Position numbers and translations under genes: made by a program
DNA from: Christensenella sp.
GTDB taxonomy: Bacteria > Bacillota > Clostridia > Christensenellales > CAG-917
Direction of reading: 5' to 3'
Length of the DNA: 64,000 bases
NCBI GenBank assembly: GCA_022009775.1
Contig: CP091723.1
Coordinates: 1,029,121 to 1,093,120, forward strand
The notes under the pieces: generated by a model
Seen by the model: the letters and a program-made list of their open reading frames with translations, nothing else
Told to the model about the DNA's origin: nothing
The model's database searches: none
Shown here: positions 51,795 through 61,000 of the stretch, piece by piece
How the letters are laid out: every line of letters starts with the position of its first letter
Position numbering within the stretch: the first letter of the stretch is position 1

Positions 51795-51965
51795 TTGATG
51801 GGTTTGGCTTTTGACGTTTCAAGGCAACGCTCCGCCGAGGAATTTCAAAAGTTAAAATCGGCAAAAAGCGTAGGGCGGCTGGTTGCTACATTCCACAATA
51901 AAACGGCAACTACCTATGCGTGGCATATATAAAAAACATTTTTTTCACTATTTCGGAGGTAGAAA

Positions 51966-52334
51966 ATGGCAAGAATCGCCGGCGTGGATCTCCCACGCGA
52001 CAAGAGAGTTGAATACGGACTTACCTACATTTACGGTATCGGTCTTGCAACGTCTCAAAAGATTTTGAGCGAAACCGGCATCAATCCCGACATCCGCGTT
52101 AAGGATTTGACGGAAGATCAAGTTTCTCTCATTCGTGATTACATCGAACAACATTTGCACGTTGAAGGCGACCTTAAAAGAGAAGTCGGTCTCAATATCA
52201 AGAGATTGATGGAAATCGGTTGCTATCGCGGTGTTCGCCACAGAAAGGGTCTTCCCGTTCGCGGACAAAACACAAAACAAAACGCCCGCACGAGAAAGGG
52301 ACCGAAGCGCGCAGTTAGCCGCAGCAAGAAATAA
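51966..52334 (+). CDS. rpsM: 30S ribosomal protein S13
   Basis: [26 protein letters not shown]. Confidence 0.97.
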   Translation: MARIAGVDLPRDKRVEYGLTYIYGIGLATSQKILSETGINPDIRVKDLTEDQVSLIRDYIEQHLHVEGDLKREVGLNIKRLMEIGCYRGVRHRKGLPVRGQNTKQNARTRKGPKRAVSRSKK

Positions 52335-52345
52335 GGAGGCGGACT

Positions 52346-52741
52346 ATGGCAGGTATTGCAAGAAAAGCTATTAAGAAAAGAAAAGATATCAAACACGTTG
52401 AAAAAGGTCAAGTGCACATTCACGCTTCCTTTAACAACACCATCGTCACCATCACGGATATGAACGGAAACGCAGTTTCCTGGTCTTCCGCAGGCAAACT
52501 CAAACTTCGCGGCAGTCGTAAATCCACTCCGTTCGCAGCACAAATGGTCAGCGAAGACGCTGCAAAAGTTGCTTACGAACAAGGCATGAGAAGCGTTGAA
52601 GTTTACGTCAAAGGCCCGGGTCAAGGCAGAGAAAGCGCAATCCGCGCACTCGGCAACGTCGGTATCGAAGTTACTCTCATTCAAGACGTTTCTCCGATCC
52701 CCCACAACGGATGCCGTCCGCCCAAGGCGAGAAGACTGTAA
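52346..52741 (+). CDS. rpsK: 30S ribosomal protein S11
   Basis: 131 aa: [30 protein letters not shown]. Confidence 0.97.
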   Translation: MAGIARKAIKKRKDIKHVEKGQVHIHASFNNTIVTITDMNGNAVSWSSAGKLKLRGSRKSTPFAAQMVSEDAAKVAYEQGMRSVEVYVKGPGQGRESAIRALGNVGIEVTLIQDVSPIPHNGCRPPKARRL

Positions 52742-52757
52742 GAAGGAGAATTAAGTT

Positions 52758-53381
52758 ATGGCTAAATATACTGGAGCAGATTGCCGTCTTTGCAGACGCG
52801 AAGGTTGCAAACTCTATTTGAAAGGCGAAAAATGCGGTTCCACCAAATGCCCGCTCTTGACCAAGTATGCACCTCCGGGAGATCACGGCAAGGGAAGAAA
52901 GAAAGCAAGCGGATACAGCATCCAACTTCGCGAAAAACAAAAAACCAAACGTTACTACGGCGTCACCGAGAAGCAATTCAAGATGTACTATGACAGAGCA
53001 TCCGAAATGCGCGGCGTCACCGGTGACAACATGCTCGTCTTGATCGAAAGACGTCTCGACAACGTCGTTTATCGTCTCGGTCTCGGCACTTCAAGAGCAA
53101 TGGCTCGCCAAATCGTCAACCACGGTCACATCACCGTCAACGGCAAGACAGTCGATATCCCGTCCTATCTCGTAAAGGCAGGCGACGTTATCGCAGTCAA
53201 AGAAAACAAGAGAGATTCTGCACTTTGGACGGCAGTCAAAGAAACCAAGAATCTCAGCCTTGTTAAGTGGCTTGAATTTGACAACGCAACTTTGACCGGC
53301 AAAGTGGTCGCTCTTCCCCAAAGAGAAGATATCGATCTTGACATTCAAGAACACCTTATCGTCGAGTTGTACTCAAAATAA
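52758..53381 (+). CDS. rpsD: 30S ribosomal protein S4 (Cys-rich N-terminus)
   Basis: MAKYTGADCRLCRREGCKLYLKGEKCGSTKC... Confidence 0.96.
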   Translation: MAKYTGADCRLCRREGCKLYLKGEKCGSTKCPLLTKYAPPGDHGKGRKKASGYSIQLREKQKTKRYYGVTEKQFKMYYDRASEMRGVTGDNMLVLIERRLDNVVYRLGLGTSRAMARQIVNHGHITVNGKTVDIPSYLVKAGDVIAVKENKRDSALWTAVKETKNLSLVKWLEFDNATLTGKVVALPQREDIDLDIQEHLIVELYSK

Positions 53382-53401
53382 TTTGATTGGAGGATACAGT
53401 T

Positions 53402-54358
53402 ATGATGGAAATCAAAAGTCCCAAGATAACTTGCACGGAGAACGAAAGCAGAAACTATGCCAAGTTCGTCGTCGAGCCGCTTGAACGCGGATTCGGCACC
53501 ACTATCGGTAACTGCCTGCGTCGTATTCTTCTTTCCGCACTTCCGGGTGCTGCGGCTGTCGGCATCAAGATTGCGGGAGTAGATCACGAATTCTCCACAA
53601 TCAAGGGCGTAAAAGAGGAAGTGACTGAAATCATCCTCAACCTCAAAACTGTTCGTTTCAAAGCAATAAGCAGTCTCGAAACCGCCGGCAAGCAAGAGTG
53701 CAAACTCTATGCAAACACCGTCGGTGCTGTCACTGCAGGTGACATTCAATGCGCAACCGGCATCGAAGTCATGAATCCCGACCAAATCATCTGCACTTTG
53801 GACGAGGGCGCTGAGATTGATATGTCTATTTTTGTGGACTGCGGCAGAGGTTATGTCCCCGCAGCGCAAAACAAAGACCATCACGAACTCATCGGTTATA
53901 TTCCAATCGATTCTATTTACACACCCGTCGTAAGAGTCAACTATGCTGTTGAAAGCACTCGTGTCGAACAAAGCATCGATTTTGACAAACTTACGCTTGA
54001 AGTGACAACCGACGGTACGACTTCCGCAAAAGAAATCACGTCGCTTGCCGCAAAAATCATGAATGACCACATCAAACTTTTCGTCGATCTCGTCGAAAAT
54101 ATGGGCGACAAGTCCATTCTCGTCGAACCGCAGACCGACAGCAAAGTGAAAGTGCTCGAAATGTCCGTCGAAGATCTCGACCTTTCGGTGCGTTCATACA
54201 ACTGTTTGAAACGTGCAAACATTCACACAGTCGAAGATCTCACGAAGCGTACCGAAGACGATATGCTCAAAGTGAGAAACCTTGGCAGAAAATCACTCGA
54301 AGAAGTCGTCAAGAAACTCGAGGACCTTGGACTTGGTTTGAAAGCCCAAGAGGACTAA
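53402..54358 (+). CDS. rpoA: DNA-directed RNA polymerase subunit alpha
   Basis: MMEIKSPKITCTENESRNYAKFVVEPLERGFGTTIGNCLRRILLSALPG. The C-terminal domain contains LDLSVRSYNCLKRANIHTVEDL. Confidence 0.96.
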   Translation: MMEIKSPKITCTENESRNYAKFVVEPLERGFGTTIGNCLRRILLSALPGAAAVGIKIAGVDHEFSTIKGVKEEVTEIILNLKTVRFKAISSLETAGKQECKLYANTVGAVTAGDIQCATGIEVMNPDQIICTLDEGAEIDMSIFVDCGRGYVPAAQNKDHHELIGYIPIDSIYTPVVRVNYAVESTRVEQSIDFDKLTLEVTTDGTTSAKEITSLAAKIMNDHIKLFVDLVENMGDKSILVEPQTDSKVKVLEMSVEDLDLSVRSYNCLKRANIHTVEDLTKRTEDDMLKVRNLGRKSLEEVVKKLEDLGLGLKAQED

Positions 54359-54376
54359 GAGCACAGGAGGAACAAA

Positions 54377-54880
54377 ATGTCTAAATTAGGAAAACGCACA
54401 GACCAAAGAATGGCTATGCTCAAAAATCAGGTTTCCGAACTTCTCTGGTATGGTCAAATCGAAACGACGGTTGATCGTGCAAAAGCGGTAAGAAGCCTTG
54501 CTGAAAAATATATCACTATCGCAATGAGAGCCTATCAAGACGACGTGAAGGTCACAAAGACCGTCACCGATGCGAAGGGCGCAAAGAAAGAAGTCGTGTT
54601 CACCAACGACGGTGCGAAGAAACTCGCAGCTCGTCGTAGACTTATGGCTGAACTCGTGGACCTTCAAGAAATCAAGGGCGCAAAAGAGTCCAAGAGCGCG
54701 TACAAAGCACGCATCAAGGACACCAAGCATCCCCTTATCGAGAAGATGTTCAAAGAATATGCACCCAAGTACGACGCTCGCAAAAACGAACTCGGACAAG
54801 GTGGCGGTTACACCCGCATTCTCAAGACCGGCACACGTCGCGGTGACGCAGCAGAGACTTGCATCCTTAAATTGATCTAA
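54377..54880 (+). CDS. rplQ: 50S ribosomal protein L17
   Basis: MSKLGKRTDQRMAMLKNQVSELLWYGQIETTVDRAKAVR...GGGYTRILK. At 167 aa it contains an internal insertion relative to short L17 forms. Confidence 0.93.
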   Translation: MSKLGKRTDQRMAMLKNQVSELLWYGQIETTVDRAKAVRSLAEKYITIAMRAYQDDVKVTKTVTDAKGAKKEVVFTNDGAKKLAARRRLMAELVDLQEIKGAKESKSAYKARIKDTKHPLIEKMFKEYAPKYDARKNELGQGGGYTRILKTGTRRGDAAETCILKLI

Positions 54881-54902
54881 TCGAAAGATTGACAACATTC
54901 GG

Positions 54903-54948
54903 AAAACGCCGAAGGATTTTATATCCGTTCGGCGTTTTTCATTTTTTT
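54903..54948. terminator. Bidirectional intrinsic terminator after rplQ
   Basis: 13 bp stem AACGCCGAAGGAT / ATCC(G)TTCGGCGTT, flanked by A- and T-runs. Confidence 0.85.
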
Positions 54949-54993
54949 GTATAGACGGTTGAAACGTTTCGGTGTTCGTTTTGTGGATAAAAA

Positions 54994-55731
54994 CTAATTA
55001 TCTTTGTTCGGCTTTTGCCAAAGATTGTTTCGTTCGGGGTGGTATATTGCACCGAGTATGCGCTGCTTTGCAAACGGAATGTCTTTGCAAATGGTTTTGA
55101 TAAGATTTTTCATATATTCGCGCTGTGAATGGTGGTTCATAGGACAAGGATTGTTGACGATGGGCAAATCAAGTCGTTTTACGGCACACTTTATGTCATA
55201 TTCTTCGAGATAAATAAAGGGGCGAATGAGCGTGACGTCCGAGCGTTCCATGTGTGCGGTCGGCGGAAAGCAAGAAAACCTGCCTTCGTAAAGCAATGAC
55301 AGCAGCATGGTTTCCGCAACGTCGTCCGCGTTGTGACCGAGCGCAAGTTTTCCGCCACCGAGTTTCGAGATTTCGTCGTTGAGCGCACCACGTCTCATTT
55401 TCGCACACAGCGAACACGGATTTGACTCTTTGCGTGCATCGAATATGATTTCCGCAATATCGGTTTTGACGAGATGGTGCACAACGTCAAGATTTTTGCA
55501 ATGCGCAATAAGGGCGTCGAGTTCTTCTTGTTTGGTGTCTTTCAATCCCATATCGACGGTTATTGCTTCAAGCGTGAATTTTTGCGGAGAAAAACGACGA
55601 TAAGCGGCAAGAGCGGTGAGCAACAACGTGCTGTCTTTTCCGCCCGAAAGTCCGACGAAAACTCTGTCCCCGTCCTGAATCATGTCGTAGTCTATGATTG
55701 CGCGTCTCATTGCGCTGAGAATTTTTTGCAT
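54994..55731 (-). CDS. PP-loop ATPase, TtcA-family tRNA 2-thiocytidine synthetase-like
   Basis: Start at ATG 55731 (MQKILSAMRRAI). PP-loop VGLSGGKDS and the CSLCAKMRRGAL Cys motif. Confidence 0.8.
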   Translation of the reverse strand: MQKILSAMRRAIIDYDMIQDGDRVFVGLSGGKDSTLLLTALAAYRRFSPQKFTLEAITVDMGLKDTKQEELDALIAHCKNLDVVHHLVKTDIAEIIFDARKESNPCSLCAKMRRGALNDEISKLGGGKLALGHNADDVAETMLLSLLYEGRFSCFPPTAHMERSDVTLIRPFIYLEEYDIKCAVKRLDLPIVNNPCPMNHHSQREYMKNLIKTICKDIPFAKQRILGAIYHPERNNLWQKPNKDN

Positions 55732-55865
55732 AAAACGCTCCCCGATATGGCATATTATTGTGACAAAATTATAAATAAATCGCACGGGATTTGCAAGCGT
55801 ATCCGTCAAATCGCCTTGACATAAATCTCGCCGTCACTTATACTTTGTATGAAAGCGGAGTCTAT

Positions 55866-56705
55866 ATGATACAAGACCTTATCAATCAAATCAGCAATGC
55901 AATAGGCAATCCCTATCTGACGCTCTACGTGATTTCGATTATACCCATAGTCGAATTGCGCGGGGCTATTTTGACGATGCCGTATATGTTCGACACGATA
56001 GGTGAAATGATGCTGGGAATGCTTTGCTGCATAGCCGGCTCGACCACGGTCATATTGCCGCTTATTTTGATAACGAGACCGCTTCTTCGCAAACTTCGCC
56101 GTTCTAAATGGTTTTCAAAAATCGCAAAAAACATGGAAGCGAACATACAGGACAGGGCGGAAAGTGCCTATAATGCCGAAGAAATTGCGAAAAAAGAAGA
56201 GAAACGCAAACCGCGCAAACCGCTTTCTACGGACGCAAAGAAGTTTTTCGGGCTCTTCATATTCGTTGCGATACCGCTTCCTATGACGGGCGCATGGACG
56301 GGTTCGTGCGTGGGCAGTTTTCTCGATTTCCCCGTGTGGAAAGCGTCTCTTGCCGTGTTTTTAGGCAATATAATCGCAGGACTTATTCTCACGATGATTG
56401 CGTGGTTCATTCCGCAGCAATACGCCGACGTGTTTCTTTACGGATTTGTGATTCTTGCAATCGCAATCGCCGTGACATTGTATTTCACGCGCAACAAACG
56501 CAAAGAACGCAAGGAGAGAGAAGAACTCGAAAAATACCACAACAAGAGCGAATACGAACTCGCCGTGCTCAAAAAAGAAGCCGCCGAAGACGGAAAAGTG
56601 CTTATAAAAAAAGAATACGTCGACGAAAACGGCGATACGCACATCGTCATCGGCAAAGACGAAAAACGAAACAAAAACGTCGTCGACAAAGACGACCCCA
56701 TTTGA
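55866..56705 (+). CDS. Small multidrug export-like (COG2426) membrane protein with a charged C-terminal extension
   Basis: Start at ATG 55866. ISIIPIVELRGAIL... and a second half FVAIPLPMTGAWTGSCVGSFL. K/E-rich tail. Confidence 0.65.
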   Translation: MIQDLINQISNAIGNPYLTLYVISIIPIVELRGAILTMPYMFDTIGEMMLGMLCCIAGSTTVILPLILITRPLLRKLRRSKWFSKIAKNMEANIQDRAESAYNAEEIAKKEEKRKPRKPLSTDAKKFFGLFIFVAIPLPMTGAWTGSCVGSFLDFPVWKASLAVFLGNIIAGLILTMIAWFIPQQYADVFLYGFVILAIAIAVTLYFTRNKRKERKEREELEKYHNKSEYELAVLKKEAAEDGKVLIKKEYVDENGDTHIVIGKDEKRNKNVVDKDDPI

Positions 56706-56809
56706 TTATGCCGCTTTTCAATGACACAACCATTTGATAATAAACGGTTGTGTTTTTCATTGATAGGTTGTATAATATGGGCGAAATAAAATTTTGGGAG
56801 GCAAATACA

Positions 56810-57739
56810 ATGCCATTAGTAACTACAACCGAAATGTTCAAAAAAGCGTATGCAGGCGGTTATGCAATCGGTGCATTCAACGTCAACAACATGGAAATCA
56901 TCCAAGGTATCGTTGAAGCGGCAACCGAAGAACAAGCCCCGCTCATTCTTCAAGTGTCTTCCGGCGCAAGAAAGTACGCAAACACCACTTATCTCACAAA
57001 GATGGTTGAAGCAGCGGTGGAAACCAGCGGTCTTCCTATCTGCTTGCACCTTGACCACGGCGACAGTTTTGCACTCTGCAAAGACTGTGTGGACAGCGGT
57101 TTCACTTCCGTCATGATCGACGCAAGCGCACATCCGTTCGCAGAAAATATCAGCATCACAAAGCAAGTTGTTGAATACGCACACGACCACGGCGTAGTTG
57201 TCGAGGCAGAACTCGGCAAACTCGCAGGCATCGAAGACGCAGTCAACGTTTCCGCAAAAGACGCAGCGTTCACCGATCCCGATCAAGTTCAGGAATTCGT
57301 CGAAAAGACCGGTGTCGACTCTCTTGCAATCGCAATCGGCACGTCCCACGGCGCATACAAGTTCAAAGGTCAACCCCAACTTCGTTTCGACATCCTTGAA
57401 GAAGTCGGCAGACGTCTTCCCGGATTCCCGATCGTTCTTCACGGCGCATCTTCCGTCCCGCAAGAACTCGTTGCAAAGGTCAATCAATACGGTGGCAGCA
57501 TGCCCGGCGCACAAGGCGTCCCCGAAGACATGCTCCGCAAAGCAGCGTCCATGGCAGTCTGCAAGATCAACATCGACTCCGACTTGCGTCTCGCAGTCAC
57601 CGGCGCAATCCGCGAACACTTCGCACTCAATCCGTCTCACTTCGATCCGCGTCAATATCTCGGACCGGCAAGAGATGCGGTGAGAGAAGTCGTTAAGCAT
57701 AAGATTGTGGATGTTCTTGGTTGCGACCACAAAGCATAA
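56810..57739 (+). CDS. fba: Class II fructose-1,6-bisphosphate aldolase
   Basis: MPLVTTTEMFKKAYAGGYAIGAFNVNNMEIIQGIVEAA...LHLDHG...GTSHGAYKF...LVLHGASS. Confidence 0.95.
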   Translation: MPLVTTTEMFKKAYAGGYAIGAFNVNNMEIIQGIVEAATEEQAPLILQVSSGARKYANTTYLTKMVEAAVETSGLPICLHLDHGDSFALCKDCVDSGFTSVMIDASAHPFAENISITKQVVEYAHDHGVVVEAELGKLAGIEDAVNVSAKDAAFTDPDQVQEFVEKTGVDSLAIAIGTSHGAYKFKGQPQLRFDILEEVGRRLPGFPIVLHGASSVPQELVAKVNQYGGSMPGAQGVPEDMLRKAASMAVCKINIDSDLRLAVTGAIREHFALNPSHFDPRQYLGPARDAVREVVKHKIVDVLGCDHKA

Positions 57740-57859
57740 GCCGTCAAATAGCGAATAACTTCGGCAACACCCCATATTCATCAACTCATGTACGTAAGTA
57801 CATTAGGGTTGCTGAATATGGGGTGTTTTCTTGTTCTTCATCTATTTGACGGCTTATGC
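57734..57859 (+). other. 126 nt three-tier inverted repeat that includes the fba stop codon
   Basis: Outer 18 bp stem 57734-57751 / 57842-57859. Middle 15 bp stem 57766-57780 / 57813-57827. Apical ATGTAC GTAA GTACAT at 57788-57803. A second terminator GCCCC AA GGGGC TTTT follows at 57883-57898. Confidence 0.8.
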
Positions 57860-58116
57860 TAACCTACAAGACATTAGGCGATGCCCCAAGGGGCTTTTCC
57901 TTGTTCTTCATCTGCTTTGTGGCGTTAGTTATATATAATAAGTTGAATATGGAGAAAAACATTCCGTCAATAAGTACGCTTCGAATAAGTTTTCTTTCGG
58001 GCGCAACCGAAAAAATTTGTCATTGCGAACGTAAGTGTGGCAATCTCGCGGAAGCGAAATGTCAAACATTAATGCGCTCGTATAGAAATTATTCATCGTT
58101 AATTATTATTAATTGA

Positions 58117-58146
58117 AAAGCCACGGCACGAATTGCCGTGGCTTTG
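58117..58146. terminator. Bidirectional intrinsic terminator
   Basis: AAAGCCACGGCA CGAAT TGCCGTGGCTTT. Confidence 0.85.
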
Positions 58147-58150
58147 AAAG

Positions 58151-59269
58151 TTACATAAGATTTTCGGGATTTAAGCCAAAGAGTTCGGGAAGGACAAATC
58201 GTCCGTCCTTGCGCACAAGAACGTCGTCAAACCAAATTTCGCCGCCTCCAAACTCGGGTGTTTGACAGAGAACCAAATCCCAGTGGACTGCGCTCTTATT
58301 GCCGTTTGGCGCGTCGTCATAGCAACAACCGGGGGTGAAGTGGAACGAGCCGCTTATCTTCTCGTCAAAGAGAATATCGCCGATTGCTTTTGTGACATAG
58401 GGGTTGACGCCGAGAGCAAATTCGCCGACATATCTTGCGCCTTCATCGGTGTCGAAAAGGGCGTTGGCTTTGTCGGAGTTGTTGGCGGTTGCTTTGATGA
58501 TTTTGCCGTCCTTGAATTCAAGGCGCACGTTTTCAAAACGGAATCCGTTTTCGATGGACGGCACGTTGTAACTTATCACGCCGTTGACGCTGTCCTTGAC
58601 GGGAGCGGTGTAGACTTCGCCGTCGGGGATGTTGCAAGCCCCGTCGCATTTGATTGCAGGTATCCCTTTTATAGAGAAGGTCAAATCGGTGTCTTTTGCA
58701 AGAATCCGCACTTTATCCGTCTTATTCATCAGATCAACCAGCGGATTCATCGCATCGCTCATCTTTTTATAGTCAAGACAGCACACCTTGAAGAAGTAGT
58801 CTTCAAAGGCTTCGGTGCTCATGCCGGCGAGCTGGCTCATTGCGGGTGTGGGGTAGCGCAAAATCACCCAACGAGTGTGCGCCACGCGCCTGTCGCTGTG
58901 CACGGGGATGCCGTATCGCTTGTCGTATTCTTGCATAATGCTTTCGGGTACGTCGGACAATTCATAACTGTTGTCGCCGCCGCGTATGCCGATGTAGCAG
59001 TCCATTTTGTCCATAAAATCGGCGTCGCGTTTTGCCCACATATCCAGCATTTCGGGCGTTGCTCCCGTCAAGATCTCGCGCTCGAGTCGCTTGTCGATGA
59101 CGTTGAGAAATGGGATACCGCCCACTTTGTACACTTCGCGAATGATGCAAGCAGGCAATTGCTCGCCGCAACCGATCGCGTCAATCCACACCTTGTCGCC
59201 TTTGCCGACGTGGATGGAGTAGTTGACGAGATTTTCAGCCAATTTTTGTTGTCTTTCATCGATAATCAT
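58151..59269 (-). CDS. M29-family aminopeptidase (AmpS/PepS/aminopeptidase T-like)
   Basis: Start at ATG 59269 (MIIDERQQKLAENLVNYSI). Contains NIPDGEVYTAP and HFTPG...HWDLV. Confidence 0.8.
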   Translation of the reverse strand: MIIDERQQKLAENLVNYSIHVGKGDKVWIDAIGCGEQLPACIIREVYKVGGIPFLNVIDKRLEREILTGATPEMLDMWAKRDADFMDKMDCYIGIRGGDNSYELSDVPESIMQEYDKRYGIPVHSDRRVAHTRWVILRYPTPAMSQLAGMSTEAFEDYFFKVCCLDYKKMSDAMNPLVDLMNKTDKVRILAKDTDLTFSIKGIPAIKCDGACNIPDGEVYTAPVKDSVNGVISYNVPSIENGFRFENVRLEFKDGKIIKATANNSDKANALFDTDEGARYVGEFALGVNPYVTKAIGDILFDEKISGSFHFTPGCCYDDAPNGNKSAVHWDLVLCQTPEFGGGEIWFDDVLVRKDGRFVLPELFGLNPENLM

Positions 59270-59470
59270 ATCGTTCACCTTCAAAAGTTTGTTGAATCTA
59301 TTATACCACAAAATCTCGCCAAGTAAAACAAAAGTCGCCCCTGCGAGCGACTTTATGTGTGAAATGCGGCGAGCCATTTTTTATTTATTGTTTGGCGATA
59401 TTCAAATATGTTGCTTTTTGGCTGGGGTGTGGTATAATTGTGTCAATCAACTCATAAGGATGGATTTTCT

Positions 59471-60832
59471 ATGGAACTCACCTACAAAAGACAAAACGCA
59501 TACGCTTTGGCTGATGAGAAAGAACTCAACGCCATCAGCGATTATGCACAAGGCTACAAAAAGTTTCTCGATAACGGAAAAACCGAGAGAGAAGTCGTGG
59601 CGGAATCCGTCGAAATAGTCGAAAAAGCGGGTTATAAGCCCTACGTGCTCGGTGACAAAATCAGCGCCGGTGACAAACTCTATTACAACAATCGCGGCAA
59701 AGGCTTGTTTATTTTGAGAGCGGGCAAGGCGGACCTTGCAAAGAATGGCGTTCGCATTCTCGTTGCGCACGTAGATAGCCCGAGACTCGATCTCAAACAA
59801 GTTCCGCTTTTTGAAAAGTCAGGTCTTGCATATCTCAAGACGCACTATTACGGCGGCATTAAGAAGTATCAATGGCTCACCATTCCGCTTGCGCTTCACG
59901 GCGTAATCGCGCTCAAAGACGGAAGCAAAGTCACCGTCAGGGTGGGCGAAGAAGAGTCCGATCCCGTGTTCTACATCACAGACCTTCTTCCGCACCTTTC
60001 TCAAGAACAGGTCACGAAGACCATTGCGGAAGGTTTCCCCGCGGAAAATCTCAATCTTCTCGTCGGCGGCATTCCTGTCAAAGACGACGACAAGGACGCA
60101 GTGAAGAAGGGCGTGCTTGAAATTCTCAATGAGAAATACGGCGTGACCGAAGAAGACTTTATCTCCGCAGAACTCGAAGCAGTGCCGGCAGTCAAAGCAA
60201 AAGACGTTGGATTTGACAGAGCGTTTGTCGCAAGCTACGGCCATGACGACAGAGTGTGCACCTATCCCGAAATCACCGCAACTCTTCAAACCGAAACCGA
60301 CCAAACCGTGCTTTGCATCCTTGCCGACAAAGAAGAGATCGGCAGCGAAGGCAACACCGGCATGCAATGCGTGCTTATCAACGACCTTCTCAACGAAATC
60401 GCGAAGAGTTATGGCGTAAATCCGTCCGTGCTCCGTGAACATTCCAAGTGCATTTCGGCGGACGTCACTGCAGGCTACGATCCGGCATACGCATCCGCTT
60501 TTGAAGAGATGAATGCAGGCTTTGTCAACAGCGGCGTGACCATGAACAAATTTACCGGCGCACGCGGCAAGTCCGGCAGCAACGACGCAAGCGCGGAATA
60601 CATCGGATATTTGCGTGGCGTTTTTGCAAAAGAGAACATCGTTTGGCAAACCGGTGAACTTGGAAGAGTGGATCTCGGCGGCGGCGGAACTGTTGCAAAA
60701 TTCATCGCCAAGATGAACATCGACACCGTTGATATGGGCGTACCCGTGCTCTCCATGCACGCTCCGTACGAACTCATTTCCAAGGCGGATTTGTACACGG
60801 CGCACAAAGCGTTCAGCGCATTCGTCAAATAA
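59471..60832 (+). CDS. M18-family aminopeptidase
   Basis: Start at ATG 59471 (MELTYKRQNAY). Contains ILVAHVDSPRLDLK and HDDRVCTY. Confidence 0.8.
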   Translation: MELTYKRQNAYALADEKELNAISDYAQGYKKFLDNGKTEREVVAESVEIVEKAGYKPYVLGDKISAGDKLYYNNRGKGLFILRAGKADLAKNGVRILVAHVDSPRLDLKQVPLFEKSGLAYLKTHYYGGIKKYQWLTIPLALHGVIALKDGSKVTVRVGEEESDPVFYITDLLPHLSQEQVTKTIAEGFPAENLNLLVGGIPVKDDDKDAVKKGVLEILNEKYGVTEEDFISAELEAVPAVKAKDVGFDRAFVASYGHDDRVCTYPEITATLQTETDQTVLCILADKEEIGSEGNTGMQCVLINDLLNEIAKSYGVNPSVLREHSKCISADVTAGYDPAYASAFEEMNAGFVNSGVTMNKFTGARGKSGSNDASAEYIGYLRGVFAKENIVWQTGELGRVDLGGGGTVAKFIAKMNIDTVDMGVPVLSMHAPYELISKADLYTAHKAFSAFVK

Positions 60833-60890
60833 AAACGGAGCAAAACAAGCGGCAAATGTTGCCGAATGAAAACAACATCGCACAAGAAAA

Positions 60891-60917
60891 AGACTTGCAA
60901 ATCGCAAGTCTTTTTTT
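60891..60917. terminator. Intrinsic terminator between convergent aminopeptidase genes
   Basis: AAAAAGACTTGC AAAT CGCAAGTCTTTTTTT. Confidence 0.8.
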
Positions 60918-61000
60918 GATGTTAGATTTTTGTGCAAAAATAGCAATAAATGTGTTTTATATGCTCAAATCGTGCGGATAAAACGTTGATTTGCGCAAAA

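Noticed and set aside
57856-58116. 86-aa ORF (or 55-aa internal ORF) in the fba downstream region
   Set aside because: It spans terminator hairpins and an AT-rich spacer. It has no SD and no recognisable domain, so it is more likely non-coding.
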